Program-made: the position numbers and the translations under genes
The notes under the pieces: generated by a model
What the model saw: only the letters and a program-made list of their open reading frames with translations
The model's database searches: none
Told to the model about the DNA's origin: nothing
Part shown: positions 45,072 through 53,421 of the stretch, one piece after another
How the letters are laid out: every line of letters starts with the position of its first letter
Numbering within the stretch: position 1 is the stretch's first letter
IMG/VR virus record: IMGVR_UViG_3300028380_000008
DNA: 54,986 bases
Source: an uncultured virus (IMG/VR IMGVR_UViG_3300028380_000008)
Lineage: Duplodnaviria > Heunggongvirae > Uroviricota > Caudoviricetes
Direction: 5' to 3' (one strand)

Positions 45072-45947
45072 TCAGATCCGGCTCGGGTCCGGCCGCTTCC
45101 AGCTGTCGACGTCGCAGAACGCCGCGAACATGACCCGGTCCAGCGCGGGCGCGGTGTGGTTGACGACCGCGACGACGAATGGGCCGTCGATCTTGACCAC
45201 GGGCGTGTTGTCGAATCCTCGCGTCACGGCGACCTCTGCCGCCGCGCTGGCGCGACCTCCGAGCTCGTTCATCTCCAGGCGGAGCTGCTCGCATGCCTGC
45301 GTGACCACGTGGTCACCCCGCCGCATCCCGAGCATGTACGAGGACCCGTCGCGCACGCGGAGGTCGATCATCGGGAAGTCCAGGTGCACCTTCTCCGCGG
45401 CGTACGCCGACGTCGGAGGCGTCGCCATAGCTGCGGCGCGGCGACAGAGGTCTCCGCGGGTGACCGGCTTGTCGGCCGTCTGCTGGAAGAGGAACGTGTA
45501 CTTCGTCTTCGTGTGGACGGTGACGACCATCTCCGACCGCCAGCCCGTACCCAGCAAGTTCTTGAGGACCGCGCGGTGGATGCCGTCGCGATCCAGGTAC
45601 GCGCGCCCCGGATCCATCCAGCGGGCGGCGATGTTCAGGGTCGCTGCCAGGAAGATGTCTGCCGGCGAGCCTTGCGAGATCTGCGCTTCCCAGCCCTCGG
45701 CCGCGAGCCAAGCGGCGTGCGCGGCGGGGTCCACGGTCGCGTTGCTGCGCACCTCGGGCATCTGCGCCGCGAGGCGGGCTCGGCGCCGGAAATGCGCGAG
45801 CCACGTCACCTGATCCGGGTTGTTCGGGTTCCCGGCCCAGATGGCCTCGTCCAGGTGACGCTCGGTCGCGAGAGGGTCGCTGATGAGAGGATCCGCGGCG
45901 GCGAGCGCGGCGGGCATCGTGAGGTGAGAGAGTGCGAATGACGTCAT
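45072..45947 (-). CDS. serpin-like protein (truncated)
   Basis: LNIAARW; VHLDFPMI; hinge LEMNELGGRASAAAEVAVTRG; signature-like VKIDGPFVVAV…MFAAF. Confidence 0.7.
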   Translation of the reverse strand: MTSFALSHLTMPAALAAADPLISDPLATERHLDEAIWAGNPNNPDQVTWLAHFRRRARLAAQMPEVRSNATVDPAAHAAWLAAEGWEAQISQGSPADIFLAATLNIAARWMDPGRAYLDRDGIHRAVLKNLLGTGWRSEMVVTVHTKTKYTFLFQQTADKPVTRGDLCRRAAAMATPPTSAYAAEKVHLDFPMIDLRVRDGSSYMLGMRRGDHVVTQACEQLRLEMNELGGRASAAAEVAVTRGFDNTPVVKIDGPFVVAVVNHTAPALDRVMFAAFCDVDSWKRPDPSRI

Positions 45948-45991
45948 TGGATGTGTTTTCTTTTTGGTTGGGGGAGAGGTTAGTGATTTGG

Positions 45992-46591
45992 TCAGATGCC
46001 GTCAGCCCACGATGGGAGCAGTCCCGGTGACGCGTCGTGACGGATGATGTGCGCGAGCTCGTTGCGCTGAGCCAGCGCTTTCGCGACCTGCGCGCGGTAC
46101 GGCGCGGTCACCGCGCGGTACATCGGCGAGAACAGCGCGCTCGCCGGCGCGAGCCCGGTAGCGCCGATGACGCGGCCCGACGCGTCGCGCACCTGCCCGC
46201 TCGGCACGAGCAGGTCCTCGACGCCGCGGCCGGCGGCGAGCGCGCCGAGGACGGTGACGATCGAGACGATGTAGAACGTGCCGACTCCGAACATGCGGTC
46301 GCCCGGAACGAAGTTGGGCAAGCCGGCGACGCCGACGTACCCGGTCCAGTCGATGAGCCCGGTACGGTCGAGCGCGCACGCGGTTTCGTACCCGCCCTGG
46401 CCGTCTGACGCGGCGTCGGTCAAGCACATGTCGCCGCGTTCGTGCGCCTCCGTGGCGCGCGACAGCTCGCCCGGCGCGCAGGCTGGGTACTCGGTCCTCT
46501 GCTCGACGATCGCATCGGGCGGACCGTTCGGGTCGGGGCAGCGGCGGATGATGGTGACAGGGTGCGGGGTGAGGTTGGTGATCGTGACCAT
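45992..46591 (-). CDS. conserved viral hypothetical protein (NLTPH family)
   Basis: TNLTPHPVTI…GLP…YIVS…DLLVP…VRDASGRVIGA. Confidence 0.7.
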   Translation of the reverse strand: MVTITNLTPHPVTIIRRCPDPNGPPDAIVEQRTEYPACAPGELSRATEAHERGDMCLTDAASDGQGGYETACALDRTGLIDWTGYVGVAGLPNFVPGDRMFGVGTFYIVSIVTVLGALAAGRGVEDLLVPSGQVRDASGRVIGATGLAPASALFSPMYRAVTAPYRAQVAKALAQRNELAHIIRHDASPGLLPSWADGI

Positions 46592-46599
46592 CGGAAGGA

Positions 46600-46713
46600 G
46601 ATCTTTCTGCCGCGACTCGCGGCGTGTTCTTGTCGCTCCCTCGCCAACGCGGCGAGGTCTCAAAGGGGCCCGCGACCGCAGGGAGCGGTGGGGAAGCGGC
46701 TAGAAGCTAGATC
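46600..46713 (+). other. intergenic multi-stem hairpin folding on the + strand
   Basis: TTCTTGTCGCTCCCT/AGGGAGCGGTGGGGA (5 G.T), GGTCTC/GGGGCC (2 G.T), outer GATCT/AGATC. Confidence 0.65.
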
Positions 46714-46721
46714 GGAGGTGG

Positions 46722-48254
46722 TTACAGGTCGAGCGTCCGGACCTGGGCGTCCGCTACGCTCTCGGGCGTGCTCGCGTGGCGCGCTCGGCCCTTCGCCCAG
46801 TCGCGCAGAGCGTCGAGGCGCTCGCGCGCAGTCTTCGCCAGCGGCGTGACGGTCGCTGCTGCGTTGACCAAGTCGTCCGTCGTGATCGGTCGGCGCCCGT
46901 CTTCGAACGCTGCGAACAGCGCGTCCGGTACGATCGCGGCGATCTCGGCGCCCGTGAACCCCTCGGTGACCCGCGCGACCTCTTCGACGTGGGCGCCCGG
47001 GTCGCGCCCGTACTGCCGGAGCGTGGTCGAGATGATCTGGCGCCGCTCCGCTGTCGTCGGCAGGTCGACCCAGAACAGCTCGTCGAAGCGGCCCTTGCGG
47101 AGGAGCTCCGGAGGCAAGCCGCGCACGTCGTTCGCGGTCGCGATAACGAACACCGAGCCTTCCCGCTCCTGCATCCAGGAGAGGAGCGTGCCGAGCGCGT
47201 CGGCAGCGACGCCGCCATCTCCGGCCGGCCCGCCCGCACCCGCGAGGGACTTTTCGATCTCGTCCGCCCACAGGATGCACGGGCTGACGGCCTCCGCCAC
47301 GCGCAGCGCCTTGCGGATGTTGGCCTCCGAGTCGCCGACGTACTTGGAGCGCAGCGCGCCCATGTCGAGGCGGAGGAGCGGCATCTGCCACGCGCTCGCC
47401 ACGGCCTTCGCGGTGAGGGACTTCCCGCACCCAGGCACCCCGACCAGCATCGCGCCTTTGGGTGCGGGCAGACCGAACGCCCGCGCTTCCGGGGTGAAGG
47501 CGGAGCGCCGCGCGGTGAGCCACGCCTTGAGGACGTCGAGTCCGCCGACGGCGTCCAACCCGCGCGGGTCCGGGTCGTGCCACGTGAGGACGCGCTCCCG
47601 GGCGATGACCCGCCGCTTCTCGCTCGCGACGAGCACGGGGTCGATCGTCTTCGTGGTGACGAGCGATCTCGCGTAGCAGTTGCTGATCTCCTCGGCCGTG
47701 AGGCCGATGGCGCTGTCGATCGCCTGGTCGCGGGTGCCCGGCGGCACGGCGCCGGCGCGCACGCTGTCGGAGAGCGCGTCGACCGTGTCGTCGAGGATGC
47801 GCGCGACGTCGCCGCGGTCGGGGAGCGGGTAGTCAATGACGGTCGCGCCGGAGAGCTCGGGCGGGACCTCGCCGCTCGGCGTGAGCACCACGATGGTGCG
47901 GGCGTCCTTGGGGAGCGCGCTCTGCAGGTCGCGCGCGAGGTTCCGCAGCGAGCGCAGGATGATCGGGTCGAACCACTTGTGCAGGTCGCGCATCACGTAC
48001 ACGCAGCGTTCGCCCTTGCGACCACGGATCCACTGGAGCGCGAGTCCCGGGTCCGCCGCGGGGTCCACCACCACGCCTTTTGCGTCGGTGACCCCACTGA
48101 CACAGTCCCAGTAGCGTACGATGTACGATGCGGATCCGCACGCGTCGATCAGCGCGCGCTCGACGCGCACCTCTTCTCGAGACGAGATCCAGAGCAGGGT
48201 GTGACGCGCGCGCAGGAGCGCGCTGATGTCCGAGTTGACTTGGCTGGCGTTCAT
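46722..48254 (-). CDS. Ycf46-like AAA+ ATPase
   Basis: EEVRV, DLH, VGGLDVLKAW, GVPGCGKS, KYVGDSE, WADEIEK, ATAN, PPELLRKGRFDE. Confidence 0.9.
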   Translation of the reverse strand: MNASQVNSDISALLRARHTLLWISSREEVRVERALIDACGSASYIVRYWDCVSGVTDAKGVVVDPAADPGLALQWIRGRKGERCVYVMRDLHKWFDPIILRSLRNLARDLQSALPKDARTIVVLTPSGEVPPELSGATVIDYPLPDRGDVARILDDTVDALSDSVRAGAVPPGTRDQAIDSAIGLTAEEISNCYARSLVTTKTIDPVLVASEKRRVIARERVLTWHDPDPRGLDAVGGLDVLKAWLTARRSAFTPEARAFGLPAPKGAMLVGVPGCGKSLTAKAVASAWQMPLLRLDMGALRSKYVGDSEANIRKALRVAEAVSPCILWADEIEKSLAGAGGPAGDGGVAADALGTLLSWMQEREGSVFVIATANDVRGLPPELLRKGRFDELFWVDLPTTAERRQIISTTLRQYGRDPGAHVEEVARVTEGFTGAEIAAIVPDALFAAFEDGRRPITTDDLVNAAATVTPLAKTARERLDALRDWAKGRARHASTPESVADAQVRTLDL

Positions 48255-48544
48255 GGTCCGTGTCTCCGTTCTTCGTCGCGGATATCCGCGAACAGCTTGC
48301 ACAACTTGGCTTCGGTCCGTCGGTGGTCTAGCACCCGCGCTCGAACCTTGAGTTCGACGTGACGCCGAGCGAGTATCGCGCGGCGTCTCGGTCCGGTCTG
48401 ATACATAGTGGTGTCTCTCGCGATCTCGGCGTTGACGGCCTCGCGCGAGATTATCACGATGACGAGATCATCGTCGCTGAGCCCGGCCGTTTCCGGGACG
48501 CTGCCAGGTTGGCTGGACCGGCGGAATTTCTCACTCGTCGTCAT
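48251..48544 (-). CDS. hypothetical protein
   Basis: ATG after GAGG; ATGA overlap. Confidence 0.6.
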   Translation of the reverse strand: MTTSEKFRRSSQPGSVPETAGLSDDDLVIVIISREAVNAEIARDTTMYQTGPRRRAILARRHVELKVRARVLDHRRTEAKLCKLFADIRDEERRHGP

Positions 48545-48575
48545 CAGGGGATCCTCAGGCAGGTTTGTGGGTAGG

Positions 48576-48606
48576 AGCATGAGGCTTCATGTTGACGTTG
48601 TCAACA
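48576..48606 (-). promoter_or_regulatory. operator TGTTGAC-AAC-GTCAACA overlapping a promoter
   Basis: TTGACA-17-CATGCT on the - strand. Confidence 0.78.
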
Positions 48607-48642
48607 GGAACCCGCACACCACTACCTCATTATTGCATGATG

Positions 48643-49101
48643 CTACTCCTCGACGTTCCAGTGAACGCCCTCGATCCCGAACAGCCGGCGGACGCTGTCG
48701 TCGCTCTCGCCGCGCTTCGGGTCGACGGCGTGCGCGTCCCGCATCCATTTGACGCACGGTTTGCAGATGCCGTAGCCGGTGTCTCGGTCGCGCCACTGCC
48801 GGCCGCGCGTTCGTTCGTCACAGCAGCAACACCGCAGGACGCAAATGGGCTCGCTCATGTCGGGATGCGCGTGCCCGAGCCTCTCGGCGCCGGCTTCGGT
48901 GTCGACCACGACCGCGCCGAGAGCGACGTAGTCTTCGGGTACAGCACGAAAGCATTGCGCGCGGCGGTAGCCGACAGGCTTACCGTCGGCACCTTGCTCG
49001 GTGTGCCATGGTCCGTCGGTGTCGAGCCAAAACATGGTGAACGGCGCACGCCCCGCTTCGTCGCGCGGCCCCGTGATCGCGATGTACACCTTGCGCTTCA
49101 T
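48643..49101 (-). CDS. hypothetical Zn-binding protein
   Basis: RCCCC…GRQWRDRDTGYGICKPC…GIEGVHW. Confidence 0.7.
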   Translation of the reverse strand: MKRKVYIAITGPRDEAGRAPFTMFWLDTDGPWHTEQGADGKPVGYRRAQCFRAVPEDYVALGAVVVDTEAGAERLGHAHPDMSEPICVLRCCCCDERTRGRQWRDRDTGYGICKPCVKWMRDAHAVDPKRGESDDSVRRLFGIEGVHWNVEE

Positions 49102-49262
49102 GGCTGCGCGTCGAGTCCGCGCCGCGCGGCCTCAGCCTCAGCGAGCGCGACGTACTCGTCGCGGTTAGCGCTCCGCTCTTTCTCGAGCACACCGATGACT
49201 TGTGCGTCGGTGCAGTTGCGCAGGTACGCGTTGAACTCCCTGACATCGCTTGCAGTAAGCAT
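49098..49262 (-). CDS. small hypothetical protein
   Basis: MLTASDVREFNAYLRNCTDAQVIGVLEKE…RRGL; GGAG RBS; below the ORF-track cutoff. Confidence 0.6.
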   Translation of the reverse strand: MLTASDVREFNAYLRNCTDAQVIGVLEKERSANRDEYVALAEAEAARRGLDAQP

Positions 49263-49265
49263 CGG

Positions 49266-49787
49266 CTACTCCTCGTCTACTGTGAGGTTACGCGCGCCGA
49301 TCTCGCGCAGAGATTCGACGTGCTTGTCAGCTGCTTCTTTGCTCTCGAACACGCCCTCCAAGCCTTCATCGCTCCGCACTTCGTACCGTACCGGGAACGT
49401 TGGGATGGTGCTCGCGTCGATCTTCGCGAGCCAGACGTCTCCGAGGATCTGGCTGTGCTGGGCGAGCACGAGCGCTCGGCCGTCGTCCCACACGATGCAC
49501 TTGATGTTGATGGTGTCTCGGTCGATGTGGATCGTGTTGGCGCGGATCGCTGCGACGGCTTGCGCGGTCAACGTGATGTCTAGGTTGACGTTGCGAGTCT
49601 TGCCGTCGAGCCGCATGTATGACGACAAGACCATCGGCGCTGGCTGGTCGTGCGCCGCGTACTTCGGTCGATCCCACGAGACGACCGTCTTGGACTTGTA
49701 CTTGTGGAGGTCGCAAACCACGGTTTCGCTCGCGACGATGTCTCGCCAGTTTTTCCAGTTGGTGACAGGTTCTCTTGCTGCCATCAT
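49266..49787 (-). CDS. hypothetical protein
   Basis: ATG after AGGAG. Confidence 0.65.
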   Translation of the reverse strand: MMAAREPVTNWKNWRDIVASETVVCDLHKYKSKTVVSWDRPKYAAHDQPAPMVLSSYMRLDGKTRNVNLDITLTAQAVAAIRANTIHIDRDTINIKCIVWDDGRALVLAQHSQILGDVWLAKIDASTIPTFPVRYEVRSDEGLEGVFESKEAADKHVESLREIGARNLTVDEE

Positions 49788-49801
49788 GGTTCCGCTCCTA
49801 G

Positions 49802-49857
49802 TCATGGTGTCCAGCGGCGCGCGAGTGGTGCGCTCGCGCGGCCGACGGGCATCACGA
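49802..49857 (+). other. intergenic hairpin, + strand biased
   Basis: TGGTGTCC/GGGCATCA (2 G.T) and CGCGCGAGTG/CGCTCGCGCG (1 G.T). Confidence 0.6.
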
Positions 49858-49861
49858 GCCC

Positions 49862-50161
49862 TCACGTGCGGTAGAACCGGGCGCCCGGCGCGAACGCGAC
49901 GAACGCGTTGACCATGGCGACGTGGCGAGTCACGGGGTCCCAACTCCACCCGGGCGCGTAGCTCATCCAGCATGCCCAGCACCAACACGCGCCGTCGGCG
50001 TCGTGCTCCCACACCCGCTCGTCGCGGAGGTAGCGCTCATAGACCGCGACTGCGGCGTCGACGTTGCCGGCTACCGCGAGCGCGCGGTCGGTAACGGTGG
50101 TCGGCGTCTGCACGAGCGTGAACTCGTCGTCGTGCGAGATGAGCGCGAGGTTGCTGGACAC
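49862..50161 (-). CDS. hypothetical protein
   Basis: GTG after GAGG; LVQTPTTVT. Confidence 0.6.
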   Translation of the reverse strand: MSSNLALISHDDEFTLVQTPTTVTDRALAVAGNVDAAVAVYERYLRDERVWEHDADGACWCWACWMSYAPGWSWDPVTRHVAMVNAFVAFAPGARFYRT

Positions 50162-50162
50162 G

Positions 50163-50591
50163 TCAGTCCTCGCTCACGATCCAGCGCTGCGCCGGCTCGT
50201 CCCACGATACGTGCCGCGTGAACGCGTGGTGCATGGTCTCTTGGAGCAGATCCTTGACCTCGTTGCGGTCGCGCCCAGAGATCCGGATGGTCACGCCGTC
50301 GAACGCGGGCCGAACAGTCACGTCGTGGTCCGTCCAGCCGTCGTAGTAGCCGACGTCGTTCATATGGTGGTAACCGACGTTGAAGCGGATCGCGTCCGGC
50401 GTGATCTCGATATCTTCGAGACCTCGCGGACCGCGATCGATGCCGCTCCCGTTCGGGATGAGCTCCACGAGCCGCGTGAGGCGCAGACGCCAGCGCGTCA
50501 CCCACTCACCGTTACCTCTGTCGAGGCTGTTCGTGTGAGCCGTCTTGCAGCTCACGAACGCCGCTGCCATGGTCTCTGCCTTCATGTTCAT
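50163..50591 (-). CDS. conserved phage hypothetical protein
   Basis: PNGSGID…YHHMNDVGYYDGWTDH…P…GRDRN. Confidence 0.75.
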   Translation of the reverse strand: MNMKAETMAAAFVSCKTAHTNSLDRGNGEWVTRWRLRLTRLVELIPNGSGIDRGPRGLEDIEITPDAIRFNVGYHHMNDVGYYDGWTDHDVTVRPAFDGVTIRISGRDRNEVKDLLQETMHHAFTRHVSWDEPAQRWIVSED

Positions 50592-50682
50592 CCGCTCCAA
50601 TCTGGTTATGGTGTGTTGTTCGCGCGGTCTGGCGAGCCATCCGAGGTAGCGCACTTCGGATGGCTCGACGGGTCACGCGACC
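50583..50682. repeat. hairpin+RBS element, copy 1
   Basis: 28-bp stem 50620-50680; near-identical to 52203-52303. Confidence 0.85.
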
Positions 50683-50684
50683 CT

Positions 50685-50915
50685 CTATCTGTTGACGTCT
50701 CGGTCTTCGTCGAGGTCGAGCGGACCGGGATCGCTAGGCCACGTGTGGCGTGCTCCGCATTCGTACAAGTCGGTGGCACCGCGCTTGACGTCGCGCGCCG
50801 ACAATACGCGGCGCTCGCTGCCGTCGAGGTTGAGCTCGAACCGGATGAGCGCTGGCGCAAGCACGTAGCGCGCCGGGCACCCGCACCGAGGACAACACGG
50901 CCTATCGTCACGCAT
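50685..50915 (-). CDS. small Zn-ribbon protein
   Basis: CPRCG…ECGARHTW. Confidence 0.55.
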   Translation of the reverse strand: MRDDRPCCPRCGCPARYVLAPALIRFELNLDGSERRVLSARDVKRGATDLYECGARHTWPSDPGPLDLDEDRDVNR

Positions 50916-51252
50916 GCCAGGACTCCGGTTCGTCGCCGTTCGCGGCGAACAGCACGCAGTCCGTGCACGCGTCGACCTCGTGCATGATCTCGCCACCCTT
51001 GCCGCTCTCGTCGCCTCCACTGATCCAGTGCCACGCGTGGCGATACCCGCCCAACGTGGTTCCGCAGATGCCGCACGGGCGCCACGAGAACGAGCCCTCG
51101 CTGTCGACCTTGCCCGCGCGCCATGCGCGCTCGTGCTCGGCAGGTGACATGTCGTGCTGCTCGGCGCAGCGCTCGCACCCGGGGCACTCTCCCGTCGACA
51201 CGCCGCGCTTACCGCTGGTACCGCGCTCGAACGCCGCGACGAAAGCGCTCAC
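50908..51252 (-). CDS. Cys-rich hypothetical protein
   Basis: CPGCERC, FSWRPCGICGTTLGGYRH, CTDC. Confidence 0.7.
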   Translation of the reverse strand: MSAFVAAFERGTSGKRGVSTGECPGCERCAEQHDMSPAEHERAWRAGKVDSEGSFSWRPCGICGTTLGGYRHAWHWISGGDESGKGGEIMHEVDACTDCVLFAANGDEPESWHA

Positions 51253-52211
51253 AGCACGCTCACTTTCATGGTGTGGTCCAAGATCAGGGACTGCTCGCCA
51301 TACGCGTGCGACGCCTCGGTCAGGCGGTCGAGCGCCGCGTCTGCGACCTCGCCGCGACTCTTACGGTCCCAGAAGCCTGCACCATGATGGTTCCTGGTGA
51401 GCCAGAAGTCATGCCCACCCTGCTCCATGTCAAGCGTCGAGGCGCGGAGGTCCGCCGCGTGCGTCGCGTAGAACTCGCGCGCTTCGCTGGTCAGCTGTTC
51501 GTGCGCTTCGCTGGTGAGCTTTGATTCGTCGTGCTTGCCGCTAGAGTTCACCATCTCTGCTTCGCACGTGCATGTGTCGGGATCGTACGCGTCGTCGTTG
51601 ACGGCTGGCTTGTGGCACGGGCAGTCGTCGTCGTGCTTGTAGGTCATGACGCCACACCACAGCGCGCACGAGATGTAACCTCTCGTGAACTCGTCACGCT
51701 CGTTGGTCGACAGCTTGACTCCGCGCTCTGGCCACGCGGCGAACTCGCTCGCGGTCCACTCTTGTGGGTAGCCGTCGAAGTTGGCGAATCCGTAGACTCC
51801 GCCGATCGCTTCGTGCGCGCTGGCCAGCTCTCGCGGATCGTCGCTGCACAGCATGTCGGTGAGTTCGCTGACAGTTATTCCTTCACTGTCGGCGATGCTG
51901 TTGAGGTGTTTCGCGTACCACGGCTTGTATGTGTGCACAGGGTGCGGCAGCTCGGACTCGCGGGCCGGATTCATGTCGACGACGTGCACGGTGCTGGTCC
52001 CGTCGTCGTTCTCGACCGTGACGCGCCAGCACCGTTCGAGCGGGAAACGGTAGACCTCCGCCGCGGTCGCTTCGACGTCGTCTTCGTCGACGTCGTCGTA
52101 AGTCTGCGCGATCGTGAGCTCGGGCGGGTACACGCCCGTCGTGTCGCGGCGCAGCACGCTGTAGTCGGTCGCGTAAACTAGCTCCCAAACGGGCTGTGTC
52201 GACATTTTCAT
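51249..52211 (-). CDS. phage early-type hypothetical protein
   Basis: FTRGYISCALW…GHDFWLTRNHHGAGFWDR. Confidence 0.75.
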   Translation of the reverse strand: MKMSTQPVWELVYATDYSVLRRDTTGVYPPELTIAQTYDDVDEDDVEATAAEVYRFPLERCWRVTVENDDGTSTVHVVDMNPARESELPHPVHTYKPWYAKHLNSIADSEGITVSELTDMLCSDDPRELASAHEAIGGVYGFANFDGYPQEWTASEFAAWPERGVKLSTNERDEFTRGYISCALWCGVMTYKHDDDCPCHKPAVNDDAYDPDTCTCEAEMVNSSGKHDESKLTSEAHEQLTSEAREFYATHAADLRASTLDMEQGGHDFWLTRNHHGAGFWDRKSRGEVADAALDRLTEASHAYGEQSLILDHTMKVSVL

Positions 52212-52303
52212 CAACTCCATTCTGATCATGTTGTGTTGTTCGCGTGGTCTGGCGAGCCGTCCGATGCATCATGCCATCGGGTGGCTCGACGGGTCACGCG
52301 ACC
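52203..52303. repeat. hairpin+RBS element, copy 2
   Basis: 27-bp stem 52240-52301 with 5 G.T pairs on the + strand. Confidence 0.85.
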
Positions 52304-52317
52304 ATCGGTGTTGTCCG

Positions 52318-52554
52318 TTACTCAAGATTGTTGGCGATGGCGCGGCGCAACTCACTAGCTGAGATGTTGTCCGAGTTGCCGCTGATCGCGTGGTTCGTGG
52401 CGCGATCCATGATCTCGTCGCCCGTGGGTGACATTCGCCACCCTCGGATATGCTCATCGCGGTACGCAAGCGTCCGGCCATCGAAGTGCACGGTCGCAGA
52501 AAGATCGTCGTGTGTCAGACGTGAGCGTCTGTCATCAGGGATCTTGGACTTCAT
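52318..52554 (-). CDS. hypothetical protein
   Basis: MKSKIPDD…; ATGA overlap. Confidence 0.55.
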   Translation of the reverse strand: MKSKIPDDRRSRLTHDDLSATVHFDGRTLAYRDEHIRGWRMSPTGDEIMDRATNHAISGNSDNISASELRRAIANNLE

Positions 52555-52655
52555 CGCCCACCGCACTGGGCGAGCAACGAGAAGACCAGCGCGCCGAACG
52601 CGGCGAGCATGCCTCGGGTGGCGATCCACTCGGCGGACTTGGACAGGGTGTTCAT
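52551..52655 (-). CDS. small membrane peptide
   Basis: MNTLSKSAEWIATRGMLAAFGALVFSLLAQCGGR; AAGGAG RBS. Confidence 0.55.
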   Translation of the reverse strand: MNTLSKSAEWIATRGMLAAFGALVFSLLAQCGGR

Positions 52656-52690
52656 GAGGGTGATCTCCTTCTGGGTTGATGGTCGAGGCG

Positions 52691-52786
52691 TCAGCGCCGG
52701 CGACGAACGCCGACGACGAGGAGCAAGAGGATCGCGATCCCGACGCACATCAGGATGGTCGGGGAAGCGTGCACGGTGATCGTCAT
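52691..52786 (-). CDS. 31-aa membrane peptide
   Basis: MTITVHASPTILMCVGIAILLLLVVGVRRRR; ATGA overlap. Confidence 0.5.
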   Translation of the reverse strand: MTITVHASPTILMCVGIAILLLLVVGVRRRR

Positions 52787-52929
52787 GGCTTGACTTTCCA
52801 AGGTTGCTGAGTGACGGGGTCTCCAACGCGGTACGCGACGTGCTCCGTCACGAATGGCCCGATCCACGGTCGGTCACTACCGACACGGTAAAACCAACCG
52901 TGGCGCGTGCGCTCTACTAGACGCTTCAT
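52783..52929 (-). CDS. small hypothetical protein
   Basis: MKRLVERTRHGWFY…GPFVTE; TGATG coupling. Confidence 0.55.
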   Translation of the reverse strand: MKRLVERTRHGWFYRVGSDRPWIGPFVTEHVAYRVGDPVTQQPWKVKP

Positions 52930-53210
52930 CAGAAGCCTCGGTAGGTGAGCTCGCGTTCGACGTACCAGGCGGGGAGGGTGGTCCACTCACCGTTCTGGAA
53001 CGGGTCGTTAGCGGCGAGCCCAGCCGCGATCGCGGCGGTCGGGCCAGCCACGTCTTCGACCTGGTAGGGCCGGACCACCGCGGGACCCACGTAGTCCCAG
53101 GTGAGGACCACGTAGTCCGCGCCGTGGCGCCGCGCCTCCGCGGCGACGGCGGTCGCGCACTCCGCGATCGAGTGAGTGCAGGTGAGCTCGTTGTTTTCGT
53201 CGAGGTGCAT
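52929..53210 (-). CDS. hypothetical protein
   Basis: ATG after AGGAGG. Confidence 0.6.
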   Translation of the reverse strand: MHLDENNELTCTHSIAECATAVAAEARRHGADYVVLTWDYVGPAVVRPYQVEDVAGPTAAIAAGLAANDPFQNGEWTTLPAWYVERELTYRGF

Positions 53211-53212
53211 GG

Positions 53213-53407
53213 CTAATCCTCCTTGCAACATGGGTCGTTAGCGTCGATCTGGTAGCCGCATTCACGACACTCGCGCTGTTTGATCCAACGCTGCTCTGAT
53301 TTGTCCCAACGTGAGCGTGAGTTGCGGCATCCGTGCTCGTGGCACACTGCATCATTGATGGTTGCTAAGGTGCAGCTGTCACACCGCATGCGGTTGTCAT
53401 TCAGCAT
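53213..53407 (-). CDS. small Cys-rich protein
   Basis: CDSC…IN…CHEHGC…CRECG; AGGAG RBS. Confidence 0.7.
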   Translation of the reverse strand: MLNDNRMRCDSCTLATINDAVCHEHGCRNSRSRWDKSEQRWIKQRECRECGYQIDANDPCCKED

Positions 53408-53421
53408 GAGTTAATCTCCTA

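Noticed and set aside
50583..52320. Classical integron attC sites
   Set aside because: No RYYYAAC/GTTRRRY boxes at the stem ends and no integrase in the window; kept only as an analogy
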